Below, piece by piece: positions 36,105-49,911 of a stretch of 64,000 nucleotides of DNA. Numbering within the stretch: the stretch's first letter is position 1; the number at the start of each line of letters is the position of its first letter. Where the stretch lies: contig CM120640.1 of the NCBI GenBank assembly GCA_051362555.1, positions 6,138,001-6,202,000 of the forward strand. Direction: 5' to 3'. The position numbers were made by a program, and so were the translations under genes. The notes under the pieces are model-generated. The model saw nothing but the letters and a program-made list of their open reading frames with translations. It was not told the origin of the DNA and did not search any database. This stretch comes from Lingula anatina. Its lineage: Eukaryota; Animalia; Brachiopoda.

Positions 36105-39100
36105 ATGGTAAGCTGTTTGAAGGACGTTATATTGATCCTGTTATTGGGATGAAACAAATATAATTATTATTCACTAATTTTCTATTCAATTTTACGAGAA
36201 AATGGTGTTTTCTTTTCAGTTACTGCTGTCAGTGATAGTGAAAGTTAAAAGAACAATGTACCCGTACACGCTCTGGTGTCACTTAGATCGTTTAATGAAT
36301 CTAAAAACCACAAAATGACTTTTGATTGTCTTAACAAGTTGCAAATAAATGAAATTGAAATAATATGTGATTACAGATAGCAGGATATCTAAAGTTTATT
36401 TTTATGCACTGCTTTATCAAACTTAAAATATTATATTTTTGACTTTAATACTAAGTTGTCATATTTGTGTCTTTTTAGTTTGGGTTTGGACGCATGTTTC
36501 CGGAACTGCCCGGGAATTTTAAAACAACATACAGGTGTTTCTCAGTGGTAATGATTTCTGGTAACTACAGGGAAGATGTAGAAAGGGGAGGAAAAAGTAA
36601 GCTGAGTAGATACAAATACTTATTTTCCAAACTCTCATAAGTAATGAACAGTGTTTGTGAAACTCAATTCATTTATAAATACCAAAATATGTAAACTTTT
36701 AAATTTACTTGGTTACCACAGGCTTGCATTGTTAAAAGTACATGATCAAGTTAACTTTAGGTCAAATTTATAAGAAAATTATGCTTTAATATGCTTCTGT
36801 TTTATTTTAGTTATAATGCCACCTTCAGCTTTGGATACTCTCAGTAAGTTTTTTTTTTAAATATCTGTGTGTATTTTTAGCATGTTTTTAAGCATGTGAT
36901 ACTTGATCAAAATATCAACATTGCACTCTAACTTCATGGTTTATAGACAGGGCTCGACATTAGCGCCTGTCCGCCTGTCCGGGACAGGTAAAAATTCAGT
37001 TTGGACAGGTGAAGTTGCAGGGTTGGCTGTCCGACGGACAGGTCATGTTTTATGAGAAATTTGGATCAAAAATCTTTAAAAAATCATTTTTTGTTGCATA
37101 CTAACGTCTTTTTGCCTCTTCCTAGACAACATTGAAAAGAGTGACCTACTTTTGGCACAAAACACATGCAGTCGCAAAACGAAGTCTGAGCAAACTTACC
37201 GCCAAATTATGAAAGTGAACACCCTCCAGAACTTCATCAGACAAAATTTATTCACATATCAGGTTCACTACTGAACATTTATTTAGTTAAAATCTACGTG
37301 CTCTAGTAATAATGACACTTCCAAAAACAGAAACTACACAAGTACTGTGCTGGAGCCAGATTGGACTGGATGAACTGGCTATATCTAGTTCGTTGTCAAG
37401 GCAACATACTGCCTGTCAATCAAACACGTGGTATGCTATCTACTCACTATAGAAAGTGAAATCTTTGGGACTGAAGATCTTGTTGAAATGTTGTTTATTT
37501 GCCAAAATATAACCTGAAATTTTGTATGATGCTTTCTTTAATGACTCTAGCATCACCTCTGTTATTTACAGTTTAAAATTTAGTGCTGGAATATGATAAA
37601 TTAACATTGCTCTCATATACCAGTGCTATATTGATGTAAGGAAGAAATAAGTAATAACAAATATGAGAATTTAAATAGAAAGAAGGGGAACCTTTTTATG
37701 CTGATTTTATTTAATTCATATATTTTTTAAAAATCAAACATGTGATAACCCCTTAAGAAGTTAAATTGTTGACATAAATATAAGTAAAGTATTATAAAAT
37801 GAATATTCTTTAATTTTCATTGAACTTTATTCAAATATTGTAAAATTTGAATATATTTATAAAATTATTTTAACAGTACCACCTCTCCACTTCCCGCTCA
37901 GGTTTTTTTTTTTTTTTTTTTTTAGCTTTGGTTAAACTTCATGTGAATCTGTGATCAAATTGCAGACTTACACTTAGTAGACCCTGTACCCCAAATCCTA
38001 GGAGAAGCCCTGATGTTAAATATCAGACTTATATGCAAGATTAAATCTTCAGGAGTTCACAAGTATGAAAAAACAACCTTTTATCTGAACATAAATTCAC
38101 TTTAAGGTGCATTTTAGGGGCTCATATGATTGAATGTTTTGGTAATATATACATTAATTTAAATGTATGACTACACGTATTAATTGACAAAGTTCAAAGG
38201 TATGAAAAGAAAAAAATATTGGTTTTGTGGACAGGTTGGATTGAAAATCGGACAGGTCAAATAAATGAGCACCTGTCCGAAGGACAGGTGCTCACAAAAG
38301 TTAGTGTCTAGCCCTGATAGAAAAGAAAAGATATGTTTAATGAATGATAAGTCACGTGTATTGGTTATATTGGTGTATCTGGTGCCATAATAATATGTTC
38401 TTATCATAATATAGTCTGGTTAACAGTCAGATATATCATATATATCATTTTTATATAGTAGAGGTCTACACTGTTTGTATTTATTAGGATCCTGTGTATT
38501 GTATCTTTCCATGTCGATGCTATCAATGTTGCCTGTATTCAAACTATTTGTGTTTTTTTTTCACATGTATATCTGGCATTGATATAAAAATTACAGAAAT
38601 CATCAAGAAAATATTTTTCATCTGTATAATCTTATGTCATTTATGCATTCCACTAAACCTATATACTATTAATACTAGTATTTGATGAGTATAATATTAT
38701 CATTGTTGCGAAAGTGATGCTGCTTGCAAATTTTCATGAATCTGTACTGTGTAGCCAAATGACTTATTTGTCTGATGTTGTCAAATTTTAACATAAATCA
38801 CAAGATAAAAAGTTGTAAAAGTTTCTGTATACTTTTATACAGCGCGTTTGAACATCCAGTACCCTATGCTGTTCAAACTTGTCAACAAAAAGACTAACAG
38901 AGAAACTCACTGTGGGGTTTTGGAGTTTGTAGCAGATGAAGGAAGAATATATCTGCCTGGATGGGTAAGTATGAATGCCATTTGTTGTGTGTTGGTACAG
39001 TGATTTTTTTTTTCTGTTTACATACATAAATATTTTACATCATTAACTGTCAATATATAATTTATGTTTATTTTTGTAGATTTATATATATTTTTAGCAG

Positions 39101-42100
39101 TCTTCCAATTTCAGTAGCCTTATCTTATTTTATATGTAAGACTGCAGATGTTATATATATATATATACGGTAATGTGCCATGAATTTCGAACAGTAAAAA
39201 ATAATTAAATTTGGGAAAAGATCGTTCTGGCCGAAATTCATGAAAAGGAGGTGCTCAGAACTCCTGAAAGTTCGAATTTCATGGAATTCTGTCAATTTTG
39301 ACCGGAAGTTGTCTGTTCGTCGCTAGGCCTTCTGTTATCTTCTCCCGACGATCTATTTAGTGTTACCATAATGTATGATGTGTGAGTGTCGGTAATTGCG
39401 ACCAAAGGTATACACGTACTTTCACCCGATCACTGTGTATGGCCCATAGATAGAGCGGTACTCTTGTCTAGGGCCGCAAAACAGCATCGTTATCAGTAGT
39501 GTCGTTTTTCAAAAGCGATTATGGCAGCCAGAAACTAGTGTCGTTTTTCAAAAACGATCCTGGCGCTCAGAACGGGAGTGGACGGAGGGAGAGACGGCCG
39601 ACGATTAGCGTCTGCCACGGCCAGATAACCTTTACTATGGAAGCTTAGTGTTACCGTTGCTCCTTTCCGTGCACTGAAATGAAGACGACAGCCGATCAGT
39701 GTCTATGGCGCACGTGCAGGTAGCCTTCATCTGCGATAAGTGTCTTCCGCGACCAGGTTCGTTGCCTTTACCGTTAAAGTCGGGCGGAGCTTTACGCGCG
39801 AATGCGTCCTCATCTCGCCCTTCGCGGGTCGGTGTCTCCGACGCATACGTAACCTTCCCTGCAGAAGCCGGCCTCGGCACTACGGCTTCTCCTCCGTGCG
39901 GGGAGGCCATTACGACCGCAGATCGGTATGTGCGGCGCACAGGTAGCCTTCGCCACGGCAGCCGAACTGGGTATTACGGTCTCTCTCCGTCGTGCGCTGC
40001 GACCAAGGTGACCGCTGATTGTTGTCTGCGATCAAATATACTAGGTTTGGGGGGGGGGGGGGTGCAGGGCCGTTTTTTTTTTTCGCTCAGGCAACCCAAT
40101 CTTAACCAGCAGCAGCAACTGATTTCCTGGCGCATAGTTGCGTCAATGTACGCATTTGAAAAGCATGTACGTTTTGTCATCTTCAAACAAACGCGAGAGA
40201 TAGGTAATCTAGAGTAAACCGAAAAGGCAGTTTTTATATTCGTTCAAGGGACTGGAAGATCGTCAATGGGAGATAGTGAGCGATCTGAGCGCGACAATAA
40301 GCCAATTTCCACACTAGTTCAAGGGACTTCGTTACTATATTCGTCAGCAAGAGATCGTCAGCGATCCGAGCAAGCATAGAAGCTTGGACTTTTTGTCCAT
40401 GCTAGAAGGCAATTTTCATGTAGTCAGCAGGATATGGTTTGCTGGTTTGCGACAGGGACGTAACCAGGCATACGCACGGATACACTGTGCGTATATAATT
40501 TTTTGGCCAACCAGTGTACTCTAGTGTACTTTTCAAGGAATATTATCGAAAATCCCCTTCGATTATAAGTTAATGTCACCTGAATGTACAAATTCTCTGT
40601 ATAATTTATATATGCACCATTGTTATGACACCCTTCTCGTTAGCTTTCACAGAACTGAGGTAAACAATACTAGTTACCATCTGAAGTCCGATCTTAATCG
40701 TCCATCTAGCTGGAACTTGCTTTACCTCTTAATTAGAGGGTAAAGTGCCCTTCAGCTCACAGGTAGCTTTTGTCTTGAGTGTATCGAACGCGATATTTAT
40801 CTCAGATAAAAATTATCTGTGTGTTATTTCAAAGAGCTGCTCCAGCAGACCTGGGGGCACTAGATAAATCTGATCATCGGGATAAACAAGGAGCCAGAGA
40901 AACAAAGGAAGATTGATTTTTCCTGCAAAGTTTCAAAGAATTTTGACACGGACTTGATCCAGCTTAACCCTCCAAACTAACGGGGTGGCATGGGCAATTT
41001 TTACAAAATTTACAAACAATTATACTTAGATATATTACAATTTTATCCTTTAATATAATTTTGGGAGGCATGCACCCGCATGTAAGCTGGGTGATGTCAG
41101 TAAGCCCCTAGTTAAATAAATATACCCTTATGAGCAAGGCTTTTCCCAGCGAACCGTCCAGTCGTCATTTGGACGGCCGCTGACATCACAAGACGGCCTA
41201 TATTTTCAAAGACGGCTAGGCGGCTTGCGACTTTTTTTTAAATGACGTCTTGGCTTGTCGGGACAGCCGTGGACGTTGTAAGAAATTTTCTTAGAGTAAT
41301 TTGACGTACCTAGCTTTTATGATGCGTCACAGATGAATGGTACTACTTTGTAGTGTACGCTGATATACAGTCACGACGAAACTACTTCCTAAAGCTTACA
41401 AAACACAATAAAATGATTCTATGAACCTTAAGATACACATTCCACGCCGTATGCAGCAGTGACAAGAGTGACCTTCATGCGGTACAAAACACTAAGCAAA
41501 CTACAGGCCAATTTGTGAAAGGGGACACCTTCCGGACTTTCATACGCACGGCAACTGACAAAGCTGATTGACAAAAAGGGAAATTTCAAATTTTCAGCGA
41601 GAGATCGTTCGCAATCCGAGAGAGACCAGGAGGCATTTTTCATATTTGTTAAAGAGACTTCGTAAGCCAAAGGGCGAGACGAGAACGCAATTTTCGTATC
41701 ATCAGCGTCGCAATCCGAGTGAAACGAGAAAGCTCATGCTCGTTCAGTGCCTTTCGTTTGCGGCAGATCGTCAGCCGGAGATCGTTCTCGATTGTTTTTA
41801 ACCCTCTATCCCTCCCCATTGGAATTTATAATTTTTAAAAATATTTTTCATTTCATTTGTACATTTCAAGGGACCTCATTAGTGGAAGATCGTCAGCGGG
41901 AGATCGTGAACGATCTGAGCGAGACAAGAAAGCAATAATGGTAATCTTTATTGCAGCTCTTAATATTGCTCTTTTGTTCTGTTACTGAAGTCTCTACTGT
42001 TAACAATGCTATTGTGCGCCTCAGCAAAACTACCGATCGCTATCTCACACCGAATACTGCGGTAAAGAAACAACAGCCCGACAGTACAACTCTCAATAGA

Positions 42101-42417
42101 TTCTCCTGTTATCTGAATGAATGGATATGACGATGTTGTTTAGCGTCCTAAACTAACTGTACTGATCGTTATCTTGCACCTTGGGCCGCACACGTAGTAC
42201 TCAGGTAAAGGTACGCTAGGGCAACATTGCCGACTGTTAGATCTTTACAAGCGCGAGAATAGCCCGGTGGCCGATTTTAAGGTGTACGAAATTCACAAAA
42301 TCAAGATCGCGCAAAATTGCTGACTGGCCGAAATTCATGGTCCAGAAAAAACTCCAGACGGCCCATTTTAAGATCATTCGAAATTCAAGAGCCGTTCGAA
42401 ATTCATGGCACTTTACC

Positions 42418-42458
<41 letters not shown>

Positions 42459-45400
42459 TTTGTATATAGTACCATCCTATAGTTTTCTGTTTTGAGTCAA
42501 CCTGGTCAGTTATTCTTCTTTTAATAGATGATGAAGAATCTATGTTTAGAAGAAGGTGGCTTGATCCATCTGGAGAATGTGTCCCTCCCTGTGGCAACAT
42601 TTGCCAAGTTCCAGCCACAGTCAGTGGAGTTTCTTGACATCACAAATCCTAAAGCTGTGTATCCTTATCACTTGGAAAAAAAAAACTATATGGCTCACAG
42701 AAATATGACTTATAGAAAATTCAATGTTATTAGTTTATTCAGAATATATTAACACTGTTATCTGAGCTGTTGACAAAGTATGCAGTGGTCTTAGTAAACA
42801 TTTTGCATGTAGCATTGATAACCTTAGCAGTACCCTCAGACTAGAGAATGCACTTAGGAACTTTGCCTGTTTAACAACAGGAGATGTTGTGGCAATTTCT
42901 TACAACGAAAAAGTGAGTATTATCTGTGCCGTGAATGATACAGTAATGAGATATTTCCTACTATCGGCAGATTTCTGACTTTTTTTGGAGATAAAAACAT
43001 TACTTGTTAGATTGATATATGCAGCTCCTGGACTTCATGCCATATTTTCAGACTTTTTTTTACTAAGTTCTATCCTTGATGTCATATAATAATCAATTAT
43101 TCAGATAGTTAAGATAAAACTTTGAAGAGATACAAAATAAAAGTATTTTCCTAGACTGAGGCTGTCCAACAAGAACACTTCTATTGTTTGAATTATACTT
43201 CATTTACATCATATTCCAGGTATATGAACTTTGTGTTTTGGAAACAAAGCCTGGAAAAGCAACATCCATCATTGAATGTGATATGAATGTAAGAACACAA
43301 TATTTGTATAATAAACATAAGGTTGTTTTAAATAATTTTATATTACTGAGCTGGGGAAGACAATAGTATTGTATAATGCTATCAGTTGACTTAGAACATG
43401 TTTTTGATTACTAGCTATAGGGAAATTAGTATTTCATCAGAATTTTTTTTAATTCAGATTTTTAACTTATCATGACTCATTCCTATCAGTTCCTTTGAAA
43501 TCATACTTTCATGCTATCATTGGACTTAGCACACATTTTTTATTTCTAGGATAATTGGTGCTTTATCAGAATTAGGAAAATATGAAATCTTTTTTACTAA
43601 TAAATACTCATTCCAATCATTCATAACCACATTCAAGAGCACATGTATTTTCATTTGGACACCTGCAGGTTGAATTTGCACCACCTATTGGATATCAGGA
43701 ACCCACAGTGCCTCACAGTAGAGAAGAACATGAACAGGAGGAGGTAAGTGGATGGTAATCATCAGAGCTACATGTATAACCTAAAGTACATTATGGCTCA
43801 GCATAAAATCAAGCTAGATTCCATAGTGTTTGGAGGACAGCAGGGTCAGAAATAATGGCAGACAAATGAGTGCAGTACAGCAACAAGTAAAGGCTGTCTA
43901 TTTTTTCTATGGATATTTTTCTAGTTGTTTTCTCTTAATTTCTGTAGAATAAAAGTATTTTTCACAAAATATGTTACTTTAGTATTGCTTTCTGACACAG
44001 CGACCCCAGCACAAAGACTTAAACCCTTGTTTCTCTTTCCCTCCACCTTGTGCAGATTTTTGCAAGTTTTTCTAAGCTCCTATGATGTCACACAGTTTGG
44101 ACAGACTCATTTCATTAATTTTCGTTGACATCTTTTGTATCTTAAAGTTAATGGCAGGGATAACAAAATATAAAGTGATGCAAGTTAATGTATATTTAAT
44201 GTGCATGTTGTATCTGTTATTTGCAGTAAGACATGCGCAGTTTTTTAAAGTTTGTTTTGGTCCCTGCAGTGAAATCCACATTTCAGTGGTATACCCTGCT
44301 GGTTGGTTGACTGAATTTAATAGTGAAAAAAATATTGTTATTGATTTCATTGTGAAACAAATCATTTTCATCAATTTCACTCTCTTTTTTAAGGACACGC
44401 CCATGGATACAGCAGATTATGTTGACCAAAATTTGTTCAGAGTAAGTTGTGTGTATTTGTAGCAAAACAGTGAATTTTGTAAAATAATTTTTGGAACCAG
44501 GTTGCCATCTAGTCTCGTTGAATTATGATTTTAGTATTGATAGTATTGTGTCTGTACTGTTGCCACATCTGCATTATAATTGTCTGTGTTACCATATATG
44601 TTAGGATTAACAAATGGATTTATATAACTGCACCAAGGGATATATCTTTTAGGGATATAATTATTGTGTTTATCTTTTTAAACTTGTTGAACATGGAAAG
44701 TTCTTCTGAAAGATGTAGGCATATTTAAAAATTTTTTAACACACACCAAAGTGGTTTCTCAGAACAGTTATTTCTATTTCTAGGCATTCAGTGGCCAGGG
44801 AGAAAGACTTGATGGAAAAAAGAAAGGAACAGAGAGTTCACCATCAAAACTAGAACCCCATGAAATAAAAAGGTAACTAAGCTAAGATTGGATGGCTATG
44901 GTTCATGAAATCTCTCAGCAAGGAAGGTTGCGCAACCAGTTTTTAAAAAGGCTGTTTTTTTTTTTAGATCATAAGCTCCCAGAAAAATTTTGATCAATGA
45001 TAACATGAGGGAAACTTGGATATGTTTCAAGATGTGGTTGTTTTGCTTACAATTTTTACTGCAAGGGATGTAAGGATAATTTTGTTTTGTCTTCAATTTT
45101 GGTCATTTTATTTCCTAGGGGAATTCCAAATTATGATTACCAAAAGGGAAAAATAACATTTATCCGCAGAAGTCGACCCAAAGCAAATGGAACGGTGGAG
45201 GTGAGTACAGTATGCTAAATAGAGAATAATAGAACTTTTGAATCACTTAAAAATGTTGTAAAGTGAAATGGAAGACTGGGCAGCCAACAACCAGACAAAA
45301 CATGTATTTGATAATGCAAGATTTCTTTAAAATGATACATCAAATGAATGAAACTTTTCAGTTAAATTGATTTTATTTAATTTTTTAATGAGTTTGTGTA

Positions 45401-45550
45401 CTTGATTTGTCCCATGCGCAAGTTTCACATACTAATATATAACATATAATAAATGTGTGATTAATGTTGTTTTATACATTTCAGAAGGAAAATCTTTTTG
45501 AAGCATTCTCCGGAGAAGGACAGGCATTGAGAAAAAATAGGAAGAGATAA
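36105..45550 (+). CDS. UFD1: Ubiquitin recognition factor in ER-associated degradation 1
   Basis: Exons 36105-36107, 36479-36596, 36811-36843, 38843-38964, 42528-42658, 42840-42912, 43220-43288, 43669-43743, 44394-44441, 44784-44872, 45119-45200, 45485-45550. Motifs [55 protein letters not shown]. Confidence 0.97.
36948..38316. mobile_element. Non-autonomous TIR element (CAGGG ends, hAT-like) in UFD1 intron 3
   Basis: CAGGGCTCGACA / TGTCTAGCCCTG termini, subterminal GGACAGGT repeats, flanking direct repeat ATAGA. Confidence 0.8.
39168..42418. mobile_element. 3.25-kb non-autonomous TIR element inserted in a (TA)n tract in UFD1 intron 4
   Basis: TIR CGGTAATGTGCCATGAATTTCGAAC / GTTCGAAATTCATGGCACTTTACCG; TA runs on both sides; no transposase ORF recognised. 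Confidence 0.85.
42659..42839 (+). other. U12-type (minor spliceosome) GT-AG intron in UFD1
   Basis: Donor GTATCCTT, branch-like ACCTTAGC about 12-20 nt before the AG, no long pyrimidine tract; splicing restores KAVLEN. Confidence 0.85.
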
Positions 45551-47437
45551 TCTTTTGCTTTATCTTATAGTTATCTTCAAACAAAAGACAATTGACTTCA
45601 GAGATGGAACTATATATATATACATATTGCCAATATTTTATTTATATACTTGTTCTTTTGAGACTGGCATACTGAACTTTGTTTATCAGAATAAACAGTG
45701 CAATGGTGAATAGTTTTTTGTTCATGAAGAGTCTCAGACACCACACCTCTATATCTACTCTACCATCTCTTTTAAATATACACAGCTAGATATTTGAACC
45801 CATCGCAGTTTCAAAGCTCTTCACATATTTCTTTTTTTTATTTGGACATGAAATCTTGGGAATTTTCACAATGAGTGGTGGAACTTAAATGACTCTTGTG
45901 CAACATTTGAGAAGTAAATTGGTGGCCTGTGGTCCTCCCGAGTTCCACAGGTTTGTTTTTATCACCATAGCCACCTGCCCTTTCCATACTGGCATGCTGA
46001 TATCGGAAATGAGTTTCCAATGGCCTTTTATCTTCTCAGTTTGACAAAAAATTAAATAAATCAGATTGGCCAATATAAAAAAGGCCATTCAGAGTGGTAA
46101 TGCAGACACTTGAATAATACCGCCCCCCCCCCAAAAAAAAAAACAAAAATAAATAAATTATAAAAATAAATTAATAGTAATAATAATTAATTAAATAAAA
46201 TTTAAAGGCCTTGGGGACCACCAATAATATGCCATTTCTATTCTAGGAGAGGACGGACATTTGCAAAAATGGTTGATAGTTTGCAAGTCTTTAATGAAAA
46301 AAATGTTTTTTATTTATTTTATTTTTATTATTATTATTATTTTGCATGTGAGTGATGATGATTGGAGAAAGGTCTTTGACATTTTCTGACTATTGTTCAA
46401 TTCACATTTTTCAACAGAAAGAGTATTAGGTGTATAGAAGAAAATAGTCCCCAATATAATATTTTTTTATTTTATAGAAACGAGCCCATACACCTCTCAT
46501 AAATTTCACTTAATACTACTTGTGGTAGTACCCCAGCCAAAAGTAAGTTGTCGTTGGACATCACAATTTTCATAATGGCGATGCTGCATTCAATTTAAAA
46601 AGCATGCTTAATGTGCAATACTGGCATTAAGCGTTTTAAACATCGTTTTATGTATCCTGAATGACGGCCTTTTCCAGACCTCTAGACAGTTGATATTTAC
46701 GTTTTTTAAGTTTTTGTCAGCCCCCCACTTAAAATATAAAGGGAAAATCCAGACCGATCCTTAATTTCTGCTGCTTTGCCCGTTAAAATTCATGTTTTTT
46801 ACAAGAATTCCCGTTTACCGAGAGTCGCCACTTATTCATCAACACAATATACTAGTAACAGATCGGCAGGGTAAAGTGTTCGAAGCGCGACCAGAATCTA
46901 TCTCACGCGGTGTCTCTTGCTCCAACGGTTCTCTTCCTTTGAGAAAATAGTATATGAAAAACGCCTTCCACCCAGTGTCTAATGTCTTCTAAATTTCCCT
47001 TCTAAATTTCTAATTTTTTTGTTTGTAGTGCGTTTCAGGTCCTCCATCCTTCGTATTGAAATAACCTTTTAGTCTGTAGATATTTTCGAATTTCATCTGA
47101 TTCTGTGTACTGTATGGTAGTTTTTATGATTAGAAAATGTACAGATAGTAACAGTATACCTCTGTAATCATTTAGTCTATCAAAAACGTTTGACATACTA
47201 GTACATTTCAGAAGTTATAAAAAAACACCGTAAGATCACTTACATTTTCAGTTGTTTTCTCGCAATTAAACTCTGCTATGGTTTCAATTTCTTCATAAAA
47301 ATACAATTCTCATGTTTGTTGTTCAGTGTGCTTGATCACAAGATTGCAAGTGACACAAGACCGTTACCGTCATCAGTTATTATGTTTTCATTTGTTATAT
47401 TAATAATTTGTTATGTTTATGTTAAGATCCACTCTTA

Positions 47438-49071
47438 CAGGGTTACTATATTACTTAATATGGAATATTATTTTTTGGCGAGTAAATTTTTTACAAAATA
47501 TTTATTTTTTCTCTTACTCTTTAAAATCCAAAACTGAGGTGTCACTCCATGTGTAGCCAGGTGTGGAACCTAATTACTACACAACTCTCGAAACAATTAA
47601 TGCACGCAGTTGCATGTTCTGTAGTCAATTTCTGCCCTTGGATAAAAACGCATGGGTTTGGTCAATCTTTGGAGTGTATTTAGAGAAGCAACAAAGGGAT
47701 CGCCCTGAAACTTGACAGGTACCTTAGAGAAGATATGGTTCGACAGCTATGCAACGCAGCTTACTGTGGGATTCTTGCTCTCGGAGGAAAGGGCCAGAAA
47801 CGGACAGCCATTGCCAAACAATTCAACATTTTTCAGGAACCGTTAGTAAAGTCCTCCAAAAAAATGCTACATCAGGGGCACCTACTCCAATACTTCCACC
47901 AGGTTGTCTGCGTATCACACCAAGAAGACAGGATCGCCTTCTCCTTTGAGTGCTCCGTGCTGGTCGTACAAAGACAACCAGTGTCCTCAGAAAAGAGTGG
48001 CAGAATGTCTTTCAAACGCCCGTTTCAAGGTCCCTCGTGAACAAGAGATAATTGCAAACCGGTTATTTTGCACGAAGACCAGTACGGAAACCACTGTTAA
48101 CAGCAGGTCATACACAGCGACGTCTGCAATGGGCTGGGGACCACGTGCGTTTGCAGTCAAAACACTGGAATCACGTCGTTTTCAGTGATGAGGCCAGATA
48201 TGGGATTTTTGGTGTTGACGGTCGATTCCTTGTCCGCCGACGTGTACGAGAGGCATAAAACGATTGTGTACTGCCTAGGGTGCAAGCAGGGGGTCGTAAC
48301 GTCTCTGTTTGGGGAGCCTTCCATGCCGGTGCCCAGAACCACTTGGTTTTTCTAGGAGGCAACCTCAACCAGGATTCCTACAGAGACATTCTACAGCAAA
48401 CAATGAATCGATTTGTAAGAGTCATCTTCAGGAACAACTTTGTGTGCCAAGACGACTGCGAAACGCCACATCGAGCTAGCAGAATCACTGTTTTTCTTCA
48501 AAACCAATGGGTTCAGCAACTGCCCTGGCCTGCAAACTCCCCAGAAATGAACCCAATTGAAAATCTGTGGGCGGAAGTAACTTACAGAATTAAAAGCTAT
48601 GGTCATCGTCCGGTAAATAATGATGACCCTCGACAGGCAAATATCACTGCCTGGAATGATATCCCCATCCGAACTCTAAAAAACTTGTCACAGTATATGC
48701 CATGCAGGACGAGGGCGCTGCAAGCGGTTGCTGGAGGTCATACCCGCTATTGATGGCTTTTCATGATTTACTGTAATGATTTCTTTGACTGTGTAACATA
48801 TCACTGTCCGGAGGCTATCATTTTCTTTAATATCTTAGCTTAAAGTTAATACTGACATCAAACTGTTGATATGGTTTTCGGGGGTGTTCTTTTCTTTTGA
48901 ATGACATCTTATGTCAGATTTGATATTATTGACCAAAATATCTCACAACAGACGACTTGATATTTTTATCACTCTATGAAATACTTTTTTGATGAATCAA
49001 GTCAATAAATATTTAATCAGCACTCAAAAATAACAATGATAAAAAATATTCCATATTAAGTAGTAACCCTG
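47438..49071 (+). mobile_element. Full-length but inactive Tc1 (DD34E) transposon
   Basis: TA duplication, TIR CAGGGTTACT...TAATATGGAATATT. Transposase motifs WNHVVFSDE, QDD, WPANSPEMNPIENLW and GGHTRY*, broken by frameshifts and a stop at 48256-48258. Confidence 0.93.
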
Positions 49072-49185
49072 TAGGATTCGTCACACCATGATCTCGAGAC
49101 GCCTTGACGTATAATCAGAGGCCACTGAAAACTCATCCCAGCTACTCATCCCTCTTATACCACCCAGTGCCAAAGTATGTATGCC

Positions 49186-49188
<3 letters not shown>

Positions 49189-49240
<52 letters not shown>
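49189..49240. repeat. (AAT)n microsatellite
   Basis: Direct observation. Confidence 0.95.
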
Positions 49241-49719
49241 CTATTTTTATATCAAATGACAGATTCCACTAAAATCTAAAGTTACAAATTTGTTACTAAA
49301 AGTCTTAACATGAAAGTCATGAATGTAACAGTTTATAATTAAAATAAAGTAAATTTATAAGGATGGAACATTAAAAAACTTAATTGTATGATAATTACTA
49401 AAAACGGATAAAAAAATTAAAAGTTTCTAAAATGAATTTATTTGCATTTCTTATATCAGTGGGTAAACTGGTGATTAATGAAACAGTAAATTATGAATTT
49501 GTTGAGCAAAGTTTTATTTCTAAATATCTTTGAATAATATAAATGAATATAGGAATAATCTTGCGTGAAGGGGGAGTTAAATACGCAGTCGTGCTTGAAG
49601 AACCGTTTCCATACTGAGAAGTGTTTTAAAAATTATACTTCCTAACCCCCCCCCCCATTTGTTTTTTTTTTAACTCTAAATAATTAATTTAATGTCCCCT
49701 CTGAAAATAATTTTTTAGC

Positions 49720-49911
49720 GCGGTTTCATTTCGCCAGAGAGGTCAGAGGTCAGTTCAGTTACCTGCTGCTACTTCATTAGGGGATTCCCCAATGAGGAAT
49801 GTTGCTCGGTTTCGGTATCGATCACGCGCCTGTGATGTAGCAGGTGTGCGATAAGATATTCTTCGAATTATGTGTACGTCATAGTTTCATTTTTCATCTC
49901 AGCTAACAGAG
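49720..49911 (+). promoter_or_regulatory. Putative promoter and non-coding first exon of the DEAH helicase gene
   Basis: ISRE-like GGTTTCATTTC 49722-49732, DR1 AGGTCAgAGGTCA 49740-49752, NF-kB site GGGGATTCCCC 49780-49790, strong donor AG/GTAAGG at 49911/49912. The link to the helicase is inferred. Confidence 0.5.

Noticed and set aside
39635-40217. Overlapping ORFs up to 172 aa in a GC-rich block
   Set aside because: Inside a TIR element, crossing homopolymer runs, with no recognisable domain; expected by chance at this GC content.
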